DNA of 64,000 nt, taken from contig JAUCBJ010008709.1 in assembly GCA_032718475.1 (NCBI GenBank), forward strand, positions 1 to 64,000, in the 5' to 3' direction. Positions 46,907 to 60,660 of this stretch are shown in pieces. Origin of the DNA: Nemertoderma westbladi. Lineage: Eukaryota > Animalia > Xenacoelomorpha. Below the pieces are notes generated by a model. It ran no database searches. It saw nothing but the letters and a program-made list of their open reading frames with translations, and was not told the origin of the DNA. Made by a program: the position numbers and the translations under genes. Position 1 is the first letter of the stretch; every line of letters starts with the position of its first letter.

Positions 46907-48424
46907 TGTTCGCGGTATTTCAACTTTTCATAACGCGAGTTGAATATTTTTTGTATTTATTTAAAATGATTATTCCGATATCACTACTGGGTGCGGGACC
47001 ATGGGTTTTGGGCACATTCTATGGACTGGGGGCGATTTATGGGCGAATATTGGGGCGACTTACAGGGTACGGGAATAATTTCATGTTTATAAGGGCCAGG
47101 GGTGGGAGGCAAAGTTAAGCAGTATTCAGGTTAGCCTGAGTACTATTAGGCCCTGGCCAACTTCCTGCTGCCCGTAGAGCTGGATTTGGTAACGCGCCAG
47201 GCCTAAAGGACAAGGACTGCCCTTAGCGGTCCCTGGCCAACAGCAGTTATTACGAGCCTGAAAAGGACATCGGAACGCCAGCTGCTTGTGTCAGGGACTT
47301 GCGACGGGAAACGACACGACAGACCCCTAGCCAAGCCGTACTGGTTCTCGATGATCGTTCCCTTCGGGGTTCGTGAGGGGTGGGACGGACACGTGAAAGG
47401 GTCTACCAACTAACAGAGGAAGGGTTTGACGAGGACTGCCCTTAGCGGTCTCTGGTCAACAGCAGTTATTACGAGCCTGAAAAGGACATCGGAACGCCGG
47501 CTGCTTGTACCAGGGATTTGCGACGGGAACCGACGACAGACCCCTTAGCCAAGCCGTACTGGTTCTCGATGATCGTTCCCTTCGGGGTTCGTGAGGGGTG
47601 GGACGGACACGCGACGGGGTCGAAAGACAAAGGACTGGACTCTACTGGCCTACCGACTGTTCGGAGCAGTTTCTCGGCTGCCGAAGCGACTACGAGCCTG
47701 AATAAGGACTCGGAAAGCCTAGGTGGTTGGGTCTCTGCGATGAACCGACGGACCCCTAGCCAAGCCGTACTGGTTCTCGATGATCGAACCCTTCGGGGTT
47801 CGGGAGGGGTGGGACGGACACACGAACGGGTCCACCGACACGACAGACTCCTAGCCAAGCCGTACTGGTTCTCGATGACCGATCCCTTCGGGGTTTGAGA
47901 GGGGTGGTATGGATACACGACAGAGTCTACCGACTGGACCGACCCTTAGCCAAGCCGTGCTGGTTCTCGATGATCGATCCCTTTGGGGTTCGGGAGGGGT
48001 GGAACGGACACGCGACAGGGTCGACCGACACCGACACTACGGCATCAAGACTAGGACTGAGGGAAAATCTGGGGAACATTAGTTGGGCTAAAATCTGACC
48101 GAACAGTGGGTAATTAAATAATATACTGTAGGGATTTATATTGTCGTGTATAATTATTGTGAATATTTGGTGTATATTGATTTAGGGAAGCCCAATTAAT
48201 TCTCAATCAAGGTTCAGTGAGATTAGCTCAAGGTTCAACTGTAGGGAAGTTACATTAAAGCGTATATCCAACCAATGCAGCTTTTTCTCAACCGCAATCT
48301 TGCATCTAAGAAATTACTCCTTCTCCACAATCAATATCCGGTGACTGGCCGGGACTCCGTGGTCTGTAAAGCCCCGCCTCCAGCATCGGCGTTTTTCCCA
48401 CCTGGTGTCGGGATAACGGCAACA
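46907..48424 (+). repeat. BEL-2 3' LTR (1518 bp)
   Basis: Direct repeat of 30767-32278. Confidence 0.96.
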
Positions 48425-51400
48425 AACATATAGATATGCAGCTTGTAATATAACAAAGATATTATTGTACAACATATAGATATGCAGCTTGTTATATAAC
48501 AAAGATATTATTGTACAACATATAGATATGCAGCTTGTAATATAACAAAGATATTATTGTACAACATATAGATATGCAGCTTTTAATATAACAAAGATAT
48601 TATTGTACAACATATAGATATGCAGCTTGTAATATAACAAAGATATTATTGTACAACATATAGATATGCAGCTTGTAATATGACAAAGATATTATTGTAC
48701 AACATATAGATATGCAGCTTGTAATATAACAAAGATATTATTGTAAAACATATAGATATGCAGCTTGTAATATAACAAAGATATTATTGTACAACATATA
48801 GATATGCAGCTTGTAATATAACAAAGATATTATTGTACAACATATAGATATGCAGCTTGTTATATAACAAAGATATTATTGTACAACATATAGATATGCA
48901 GCTTGTAATATAATAAAGATATTATTGTACAACATATAGATATGCAGCTTTTAATATAACAAAAGATATTATTGTACAACATATAGATATGCAGCTTGTA
49001 ATATAACAAAGATATTATTGTAAAACATATAGATATGTAGCTTGTAATATAACAAAGATATTATTGTACAACATATAGATATGCAGCTTGTAATATAACA
49101 AAGATATTATTGTACAACATATAGATATGCAGCTTTTAATATAACAACGATATTATTGTACAACATATAGATATGCAGCTTGTAATATAACAAAGATATT
49201 ATTGTACAACATATAGATATGCAGCTTTTAATATAACAAAGATATTATTGTACAACATATAGATATGCAGCTTGTAATATAACAAAGATATTATTGTACA
49301 ACATATAGATATGCAGCTTGTAACATAACAAAGATATTATTGTGCAACATATAGATATGCAGCTTGTAATATAACAAAGATATTATTGTACAACATATAG
49401 ATATGCAGCTTTTAATATAACAAAGATATTATTGTACAACATATAGATATGCAGCTTGTAATATAACAAAGATATTATTGTACAACATATAGATATGCAG
49501 CTTTTAATATAACAAAGATATTATTGTACAACATATAGATATGCAGCTTGTAATATAACAAAGATATTATTGTACAACATATAGATATGCAGCTTGTAAC
49601 ATAACAAAGATATTATTGTGCAACATATAGATATGCAGCTTGTAATATAACAAAGATATTATTGTACAACATATAGATATGCAGCTTTTAATATAACAAC
49701 GATATTATTGTACAACATATAGATATGCAGCTTGTAATATAACAAAGATATTATTGTACAACATATAGATATGCAGCTTGTAATATATCAAAGATATTAT
49801 TGTACAACATATAGATATGCAGCTTGTAATATAACAAAGATATTATTGTACAACATATAGATATGCAGCTTGTAATATAACAAAGATATTATTGTACAAC
49901 ATATAGATATGCAGCTTGTAATATAACAAAGATATTATTGTACAACATAGATATGCAGCTTGTAATATGACAAAGATATTATTGTACAACATATAGATAT
50001 GCAGCTTGTAATATAACAAAGATATTATTGTAAAACATATAGATATGCAGCTTGTAATATAACAAAGATATTATTGTACAACATATAGATATGCAGCTTG
50101 TAATATAACAAAGATATTATTGTACAACATATAGATATGCAGCTTGTTATATAACAAAGATTTTATTGTACAACATATAGATATGCAGCTTGTAATATAA
50201 TAAAGATATTATTGTACAACATATAGATATTCAGCTTTTAATATAACAAAAGATATTATTGTACAACATATAGATATGCAGCTTGTAATATAACAAAGAT
50301 ATTATTGTAAAACATATAGATATGCAGCTTGTAATATAACAAAGATATTATTGTACAACATATAGATATGCAGCTTGTAATATAACAAAGATATTATTGT
50401 ACAACATATAGATATGCAGCTTTTAATATAACAACGATATTATTGTACAACATATAGATATGCAGCTTGTAATATAACAAAGATATTATTGTACAACATA
50501 TAGATATGCAGCTTTTAATATAACAAAGATACTATTGTACAACATATAGATATGCAGCTTGTAATATAACAAAGATATTATTGTACAACATATAGATATG
50601 CAGCTTGTAACATAACAAAGATATTATTGTGCAACATATAGATATGCAGCTTGTAATATAACAAAGATATTATTGTACAACATATAGAAATGCAGCTTTT
50701 AATATAACAACGATATTATTGTACAACATATAGATATGCAGCTTGTAATATAACAAAGATATTATTGTACAACATATAGATATGCAGCTTTTAATATAAC
50801 AAAGATCTTATTGTACAACATATAGATATGCAGCTTGTAATATAACAAAGATATTATTGTACAACATATAGATATGCAGCTTATAATATAACAAAGATAT
50901 TATTGTACAACATATAGATATGCAGCTTGTAATATAACAAAGATATTATTGTACAACATATAGATTTGCAGCTTGTTATATAACAAAGATATTAGTGTAC
51001 AACATATAGATATGCAGCTTGTAATATAACAAAGATATTATTGTACAACATATAGATATGCAGCTTGTAATATAACAAAGATATTATTGTACAACATATA
51101 GATATGCAGCTTGTAATATATCAAAGATATTATTGTACAACATATAGATATGCAGCTTGTAATATAACAAAGATATTATTGTACAACATATAGATATGCA
51201 GCTTGTAATATAACAAAGATATTATTGTACAACATATAGATATGCAGCTTGTAATATAACAAAGATATTATTGTACAACATAGATATGCAGCTTGTAATA
51301 TAACAAAGATATTATTGTACAACATATAGATATGCAGCTTGTAATATATCAAAGATATTATTGTACAACATATAGATTTGCAGCTTGTAATATAACAAAG

Positions 51401-54240
51401 ATATTATTGTACAACATATAGATATGCAGCTTGTAATATAACAAAGATATTATTGTACAACATATAGATATGCAGCCTGTAATATATCAAAGATATTATT
51501 GTACAACATATAGATATGCAGCTTATAATATAACAAAGATATTATTGTACAACATATAGATATGCAGCTTGTAATATAACAAATATATTATTGTACAACA
51601 AAGATATGCAGCTTGTAATATAACAAATATATTATTGTACAACATATAAATATGCAGCTTGTAATATAACAAAGATATTATTATACAACATATAGATATG
51701 CAGCCTGTAATATATCAAAGATATTATTGTACAACATATAGATATGCAGCTTGTAATATAACAAAGATATTATTGTACAACATATAGATATGCAACTTGT
51801 AATATAACAAAGATATTATTGTACAACATATAGATATGCAGCTTGTAATATAACAAAGATATTATTGTACAACATATAGATATGCAGCTTGTAATATAAC
51901 AAAGATATTATTGTACAACATATAGATATGCAGCTTGTAATATAACAAAGATATTATTGTACAACATATAGATATGCAGCTTGTAATATAACAAAGATAT
52001 TATTGTACAACATATAGATATGCAGCCTGTAATATATCAAAGATATTATTGTACAACATATAGATATGCAGCTTGTAATATAACAAAGATATTATTGTAC
52101 AACATATAGATATGCAGCTTGTAATATAACAAAGATATTATTGTACAACATATAGATATGCAGCCTGTAATATAACAAATATATTATTGTACAACATATA
52201 GATATGCAGCTTGTAATATAACAAAGATATTATTGTACAACATATAGATATGCAGCCTGTAATATATCAAAGATATTATTGTACAACATATAGATATGCA
52301 GCTTGTAATATAACAAAGATATTATTGTACAACATATAGATATGCAGCTTGTAATATAACAAAGATATTATTGTACAACATATAGATATGCAGCTTGTAA
52401 TATAACAAAGATATTATTGTACAACATATAGATATGCAGCTTGTAATATAACAAAGATATTATTGTACAACATATAGATATGCAGCTTGTAATATAACAA
52501 AGATATTATTGTACAACATATAGATATGCAGCTTGTAATATAACAAAGATATTATTGTACAACATATAGATATGCAGCTTGTAATATAACAAAGATATTA
52601 TTGTACAACATATAGATATGCAGCTTGTAATATAACAAAGATATTATTGTACAACATATAGATATGCAGCCTGTAATATATCAAAGGTATTATTGTACAA
52701 CATATAGATATGCAGCTTGTAATATAACAAAGATATTATTGTACAACATATAGATGTGCAGCTTGTTATATAACAAAGATATTATTGTACAACATATAGA
52801 TATGCAGCTTGTAATATAACAAAGATATTATTGTAAAACATATAGATATGCAGCTTGTAATATAACAAAGATATTATTGTACAACATATAGATATGCAGC
52901 TTGTAATATAACAAAGATATTATTGTACAACATATAGATATGCAGCTTGTTATATAACAAAGATATTATTGTACAACATATAGATATGCAGCTTGTAATA
53001 TAACAAAGATATTATTGTACAACATATAGATATGCAGCTTTTAATATAACAAAGATATTATTGTTAAACATATAGATATGCAGCTTGTAATATAACAAAG
53101 ATATTATTGTACAACATATAGATATGCAGCTTGTAATATAACAAAGATATTATTGTACAACATATAGATATGCAGCTTGTTATATAACAAAGATATTATT
53201 GTACAACATATAGATATGCAGCTTGTAATATAACAAAGATATTTTTGTACAACATATAGATATGCAGCTTTTAATATAACAAAGATATTATTGTACAACA
53301 TATAGATATGCAGCTTGTAATATAACAAAGATATTATTGTACAACATATAGATATGCAGCTTGTAATATAACAAAGATATTATTGTACAACATATAGATA
53401 TGAGCTTGTAATATAACAAAGATATTATTGTACAACATATAGATATGCAGCTTTTAATATAACAACGATATTATTGTACAACATATCGATATGCAGCTTG
53501 CAATATAACAAAGATATTATTGTACAACATATAGATATGCAGCTTTTAATATAACAAAGATATTATTGTACAACATATAGATATGCAGCTTGTAATATAA
53601 CAAAGATATTATTGTACAACATATAGATATGCAGCTTGTAATATAACAAAGATATTATTGTACAACATATAGATATGCAGCTTGTAATATAACAAAGATA
53701 TTATTGTACAACATATAGATATGCAGCCTGTAATATAACAAAGATATTATTGTACAACATATAGATATGAGCTTGTAATATAACAAAGATATTATAGTAC
53801 AACATATAGATATGCAGCTTGTAATATAACAAAGATATTATTGTACAACATATAGATATGCAGCTTTTAATATAACAACGATATTATACAACATATATAT
53901 ATGCAGCTTGTAATATAACAAAGATATTATTGTACAACATATAGATATGCAGCTTGTAATATAACAAAGATATTATTGTACAACATATAGATTTGCAGCT
54001 TGTAATATAACAAAGATATTATTGTACAACATATAGATATGCAGCTTGTAATATAACAAAGATATTATTGTACAACATATAGATATGCAGCTTATAATAT
54101 AACAAAGATATTATTTTACAACATATAGATATGCAGCTTATAATATAACAAAGATATTATTGTACAACATATAGATATGCAGCTTGTTATATAACAAAGA
54201 TATTATTGTACATCATATAGATATGCAGCCTGTAATATAT
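48425..54240. repeat. 46-bp satellite array, block 3 (about 126 monomers)
   Basis: Same monomer and orientation; phase continuous across the BEL-2 TSD. Confidence 0.98.
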
Positions 54241-54249
54241 GTGAAAGAT

Positions 54250-56988
54250 TCATACAAGTGTCTGGTCGAGATTCTGGTGAGACGTCTGGCGTAATGTCAG
54301 GTCTAGCGTCCAGGTCATTAGATTTCGTCCGCCTTGTTTCCTCTTGACCTTGGCGTTGGCTTTCGCTTTAGATTTGACAACTGTGTCGATTTTTATCTCG
54401 GCACCCTCTGGTATGGTATTGGTTGTCGCGTCGAATAACGGTGGCCATTCGTCTGATGGTCGCTGTAGGAAATCGGGTCCTCTAAACCAAAATGATTTAT
54501 TGTCCGGTTTACAAAAGTCGATCAGTAGCATCCCCAGTGATGCGATGTCAGCTAGGTTCAGCTTCCCTGGACAGTGACGCCAATCTTGTTTGAGCGACCG
54601 GTCTAGTATTTCAGCCCGTCTGTTGGCTACGAAAGTCTTGAACTCAAACGCTTCGTTGTTTATGTACCAAAGTACCAACGTCGCATCCATCCAATATGTG
54701 ACCTTCAAGTTAGCCTCCAGCTCGCGTTGAACTAAACTGACAATATCGGTGGATATCGTCCCGGCTTGCAGCTCTCCATGAGGTACAGTCATATACTTGA
54801 ACGGCACTGTTCTAGCCCTTGAAGTAACGAGAGACACTTCGTAGCTGTCCAATGTCACTTGTCGTTTAAGGTATAAAGTAACCCCCAGTCCATCCTTACT
54901 AGCGTCACTGAAGCTGTGAAGCTCTAAATCGGCAGGAAAGGTGGTCTGCAAAGGAAAATATACCCTTGGTATGGTGTAGTCTTGTAGGAACGTCAGTTGG
55001 GCTTCCCAGTCCCTCCATTGCTCAGCTAACTTTTCTGGGATGGGATCGTCCCATTCCAGTCCGGCTTGCCAAATGCTGCGGAGTATGATCCTAGCATGTA
55101 GGATCACTGGACTAATGAAACACAATGGGTCATACAATTGACTCATGGTCGATAAGCAAGTTATCTTAGTGAGAGGTCTAGTCTGGTCGTTGGACCTTAC
55201 ACGTACCCTAAAATTGTCGGTGTTAGGGTCCCAACTAAGTCCTAATACTTTGGTCGTAGGTAGAGGTTCTAGGTCTAAGTCCAAGTCACCTCCACTGCGA
55301 TCGGTCGGGTCAAATGAGTTCACTAGTTCGGGTTCGTTGGAAGCGAACTTCAAAAGGCGGAATCCGCCCTCAGCGAGACAATCCTGGAGTTGGTGTGCTA
55401 CGGTCATAGCGCACTCCAAAGTGTCACAACTCTTGAGGCCGTCATCCACGTAGAAATCTCGTTCCACTGTCCGAGCTACTTCTGTGTCAAATTGGTCTTG
55501 TCTGTCTAATGCGGTTTGCTTTAAGGCGTACATGGTGCAGTTGGGGCTGTCCCTGGCTCCGAAAACTCTTACCTGCATTTGGTAAGTTTTTGGCGGAAGT
55601 TCTAAATTTCCGTCCGGATACCAAAGAAACCTCAAGCTGTCCCTGTCCCGCTCCAAAGCCTTAACCTGGTGAAACATGGCCTCTACGTCACAGGTGAAAG
55701 CCACTTTGCGTTGTCTAAAACGCATTAGGACTCCCATGAGGTAATTATTCATATTCGGCCTGTCCATCAATTCGCTGTTCATAGACATCCCTTGGTAAAG
55801 TGCTGCGCAGTCGTTGACTACACGCACCTTGCCAGGTTTGTCCGGGTGTCGAACAAAATGATGTGGCAGGTAATATGTCTGATCTGTGGTTACCTCGGGA
55901 TTTAACATCCTAATGGCGAATCCCTTTTGGAGATACGTCTGAAGTGGCGCATTGTATTGCATATGGGCCGTCTCATCACGCAACAATCGCTGCCTTATTG
56001 ATTTGAGTCGCCTCAAAGCAAGCGGATAGTTGTTAACGAGCTTAGGTTGTCCATTGCGCCACAACATGCCAACCTCGTAGTGGCCATTCGCGGTCTGGCG
56101 AATGGTATCTCTCATAATATTTAATGACCGTTTTTCCTGTTCTGACATAGCGGTCTCGTAACTACCGGGTTCTGCTGAGTCCTGTTCCAACCATCGAATG
56201 GTCCGTTCAGTCAGCAGTCGGTCAAGCGCTGCTTGCACTGCGCCATGGTCCTCGTCCACGTCTTCGTCCGCTGCGGTGGCTAGTGTCAATGTGTCTGGTA
56301 GGCTCGCAAGCCTTCCGGTGTCACTAGTCGGTGTCGAATCGTCGTGTGGCGGTTTGACAACTTCTTGATCTGTCGGTAGGCTCGCAAGCCTTCCTAGATC
56401 AATGACCGGTGTCGAAGCCTGGTGGGTGGGGTCAATGACCTTCGGATTTTTCGGTAGGCTCGCAAGCCTTCCAAAACCCTCGTTCATCGAGTCATCCACA
56501 GCAACAACCCTTTGGTCTTCAGTAGTCAATACAACCTGGTTTACTGCAAGTAGTTGTAAGTCAGAGGTCCGTGTGGTCGTGTCCAGATCAGTTATGTCAG
56601 TATCAGTTACGTCTGCGTTTGCGATGCAAGTCTGTCGTAGTGCAGTCTGTACAATTGGACCACAGGAATGTGAAGGAAAATTATCTATCGTAGTAGTCAA
56701 TGAACTACACGTACTCAAAACGTCGTCCTCCTGGTCACTTACCTCTAGTGAATGCACTGGTGCTCTAGTATACCAACCTATGGGAGTTCTACATGCGTAG
56801 GGGTTGCCCGCTGTAATAACAGATGGGCATGTCTCCCATACCTGATGTAAGTTAAACTGGTCTGTCCGCGATTGAACGATAATTAACAGGACATTCCGGT
56901 ATTCCAAGGTGTCGGAAATACTTACGATCTTCCGGTGATTGCTCTGGCACAGGGCCGAGCAAGTTACTAAAGTCCTTCGTAGCTGCAA
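54250..56988 (-). pseudogene. BEL-3 RT and RNase H fragment
   Basis: 912-aa ORF with DVEAMFHQV, FYVDDG, HSFSDAS, FVANRR. Confidence 0.92.
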
Positions 56989-58297
56989 AGGTCAAATTTC
57001 TTACCGGAAGTAATGAGCGCTCCTCCTTGCTGTGTTCCGCTTTGGAAAGAAGAGTGTCTAAGGTTAGTTTTACTCTTGTCACTGGAATCGCTCGCTTACC
57101 ATGCATGCTGCTTACAGTATACTGAGCAGTCTTACCTTGACTCATGTCCGTAACCACGTCGGCTACTTGTTCGTCGACATAACTATGCGATGACGCAGAG
57201 TCTAAGATAGCGTATATACGCTTGCTCCCTCGGGTTCCGGTAATCTTTATAGGAATCACGCTAAACCCTTTCAATTGGTTCTGTGTGAGGAGTGTTACCG
57301 ATGGCTGTTCCTCCCCGCATGCACGTAAAAGGTGTCGTCTTCCTCCTCGTCCTCGTCCGATGATTCCGATTGATCCATACAGTCTGTGTAGAAAGTACGA
57401 ATCTCGCGCACGCTCTTTATAAAGCACGTCGCATCTAGCCGCTTTATCTAGATACTCTCGTCGAAAGCGTTTGGTCGGAGTATGACTGTTCGTGTGAAGT
57501 AACGTGTCATGGTTACGTCCACACAGAGGACATGTATCATCGCTCGGGCAATCCTTCCGGACGTGTCCAGGCTTTGTACATCTCCAATAAGAATCCAAAG
57601 ATCGAATTTGGAGTCTCCTCTCTTCAACTCCCAACTCCCTAAATGCGCGACATCCACAAATATTATGTACGCTATGGTTTCTGCCGTTCCTTTCGCAATA
57701 TGAGCATCCCGCAAAGTCTGCCGGCAACTGTTGTCGTGGCTGCTTGGTGCCGATAGGCGTCAGAACTTTAGAAGTCTCAGTTGGGGTGGCATAGGTAATG
57801 GCTTTCGCGTTTGTCGGCAATGGTTTGGTCTGAGTCGGCGCAGCAATAGTTATCCCTTCTGCCGCTATATGGTGATCAGTATAGTTCGATCGAGTCTCTA
57901 CTACGGCCTCCCGCGAAATCAGTTGGTAGACGTCGGTGAGTTTCAGTAGTCCGCCAGCCTCTTCACTCTGATACTCGATGCGTCGCCATTCTCGTGGTAA
58001 TCGATGATGAAGTCGACCGATTATTCGAATGAGAACTGTCGGTGCGTTAGCGTATTCGAGTTGTCCAATGGACCATAAAGTCCCTATAGCGTTTTTTATT
58101 TCGTCCGCGAGACGTAAAAGATCGATCGGTTTCAAAATACTTCCTCCTCTACAGAGGTCTTCAATAATGGATTTAGCCATGGCGATGTTGCCGCCGTAAA
58201 TCGAATATAGACGGTCGTACACCAACTCAAAGGCATCTGGAACACCGATGAAGGTTTCCGCTAATCGTTTCGGCTCACCAGACAAAACTTGGAGCAA
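56852..58297 (-). pseudogene. BEL-3 Gag C-terminus, zinc knuckles and protease fragment
   Basis: CSYC..H..C, CTKPGHVRKDC, CPLCGRNHDTLLH; RIYAILDSASS protease motif. Confidence 0.9.
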
Positions 58298-59085
58298 GTA
58301 ATTAAACTTCTCCGTCGAGGTGAAAGCACACTTAGCGATCTGGGACTCTACATAGTCTACCAGTGTACGCCAGTGTTACGTGTTGCCAGAGAACTTCGGC
58401 AGTTGTTGTGCCGGTAATCCGTGTCTAGCCGCAAACTTCGCAATCTCGCTAACCAAATCCAACTGTCCGCGTCCCTGTTCGGTTGCGTCGTCCAGTCATT
58501 CCCTTCCGCGCGTTGTCCGTCGGTAGGAAATATTAACGGGATCTTCTTCTCGATGGTTCGGAGTCTGTCTAGTCTCTGTTCTCTCCTTAGTGGTCGATGT
58601 TGTCTAGGTTGTTCCCACTCCACGCTGGTTCGTGATCGATCCGACGGTTGCGCTTCGAGTCGCTCTTCGAGTTGAGCTAGTCGGTCCGTTACAGGTCGTA
58701 TTATTTCGGCGAGTCTGTTGGTGCTGATCGCTTCCACTGGTTGCAACGTGGGTTTCTGTTGGGGTGTTTCTCATGGTGGATTGTCGATGTATGGGTTCGT
58801 CGTGTTCTCCTCCCGTTTGTAATCAGCCGCCGCTCCAGTACGGAATATTTCCCGTTCCGTCGACTCCGAGTCACTGGATGAGTTGCTGTCGTCCGGATAA
58901 GGTGGTTGGCGGGTTCGCGTATGGCGTATTACTCTTTGTCACGTTCGTTGTGGTCTGGGATCTACCGCTCTCCATCGTTGGGTAGGCTCGCAAGCCTTCC
59001 ACGAAGTCGTAGTTCTCGTTAAACTTGGTTCGATCCTGTGGGTACTCGCTTTCGTCCTTCTGGGCTCCTCCCCGAGGCGCACCCA

Positions 59086-59974
59086 TGAGGCGGTCGTGTT
59101 TCCACCACCCCTGGGGCCAGTCCGACTGATGTTATTATCAGACCGGGCCAGAGGGTGGCCCGATGCATCCCGAGTTCTGTTTTCAGTCCCCCGATCACAC
59201 CGGCACAGCTCGTCGAACATGTAGCCAGATGGTCGGCTACTGTCAACTTACTGTGGCCTGACTGTACATTGAGCCAACTCAAAGTATAACAAAGAGTCAA
59301 CCGGCGGGTGGACCAGTCAATAGCGATCAAGCACCAAGGTCGCCCTTGGGCCTAACCGACGGTCTTGTCCCAAGTGGGCTTGCGCTACCCAACATGGAAT
59401 ATTGACACATTTTCACCCGCCTTGCCGGCAGTATTGAGGGGAAGTAAGTTCCGCAAACAATACTGACTAGCTCGAAAGCTAGGAACAAGTAACCACTTAC
59501 CAGTCACTGTACACGTGTACTCAACAGATGTTCACAAAATCAAGTACACAACGGTAAGCACAAAATCGAACACATACCATGCACACACAGAGGACAAAAT
59601 CGGGAAAGACAAAATCGGGGTCAAAATCAGAGGGGACAAATTGTATCGACCAACAGGCTAATCGAGAGTACCTTATTTTGCCGTCAGGGCAAAATAACTT
59701 TGTGTGCACAAAGTATGCTGGGGCGCAGTAGAGATATGGTCCTACTAATACCAGCGGCGTCTGGACCAACTGGCAAGCACTCGCAGTGGCCACACATACA
59801 ATCACGTGTACTCACGTACCCACAGCAACAGAAAGCTCAAAGACCCAAACAAATCCCAAAGACCAATCAGCTGAACATGGAGACAATAACATATAGTATC
59901 AAAAAAACGCGACGACCCTCACGAGTCCGCCGCCGCCTGCTGTGGGCACCCCTATAGAGACCTCACCTCTTTAG
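59086..59974. mobile_element. Unclassified non-coding insertion (about 889 bp) with 7-bp direct repeat GCACCCA
   Basis: GCACCCA at 59079-59085 and 59975-59981; removal restores Gag frame KMDVGAPRGG. Confidence 0.7.
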
Positions 59975-60660
59975 GCACCCACATCCATCTTCGTTGTTCG
60001 GTAGGCTCGCAAGCCTTCCACGAAGTCGTAGGTCTCGATAAACATTGGGTGCGGGGTCTAGTAAAAACATCAGAGTTAAGTGCTACTGTAGGTTTATAAA
60101 TGACTGGGTTCGCGCAGCACGTCACAGGTTTAACTTGTAATGGTTTACTCACCTGTTTTACCGTCATAAACGCAGGTTCGTCTCTCTCTACAAGTAAACT
60201 ACGGCTTACAGTAGGTGGAATACTTATCTTACCTGCGAGAATCGGAGATGAAGTCGCTCGTGGCTGCGGAATTGATTCCGACATAACAAACCTATTACCT
60301 TGCAAGGGTGATATTTCCTTCGGTTTTGCAACCATAACTGGTTTTACTGGAGTCGTGGGTTTGAGCATAGGAATAACTTGTGGAAAACGTTTACAGCAAT
60401 CCTCGACGAACTCCTCTCCTCGATCTATCACTCCCACACTTCCTTCCTCGATTCGCTCCTGAATTCCGTGATATTGAGTCTTCATGCGATCCAGGGCAGA
60501 CAAGTCATGTCCAGCTCGAGACCTTATAGATCTATCTTTCGCATCGAGTTCGAGGTCCTCTTGCGCGTTCGCCGCCTCGCGCGATCTACGATTTAGTTCG
60601 AACTGTAGTTGCATCTCCCTTTCGCGTCGATCGGCCACCTGTTGTTGTGCTGCTAACTCC

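Larger units (their letters stand above)
30767..48424 (+). mobile_element. BEL/Pao LTR retrotransposon (BEL-2), defective, with nested Gypsy
   Basis: About 1.5-kb TG...CA LTRs; TSD AACAT (30762-30766 and 48425-48429); PPT GGGGGGGA at 46898-46905; BEL-type gag-pol. Confidence 0.96.

Noticed and set aside
4238-54240. 46-bp repeats as a CRISPR array
   Set aside because: Monomers are head-to-tail with no unique spacers, there are no cas genes, and the context is eukaryotic
59115-59165. Hammerhead ribozyme in the 0.9-kb insertion
   Set aside because: CTGAT hairpin present, but no complete CUGANGA plus GAAA core with three stems
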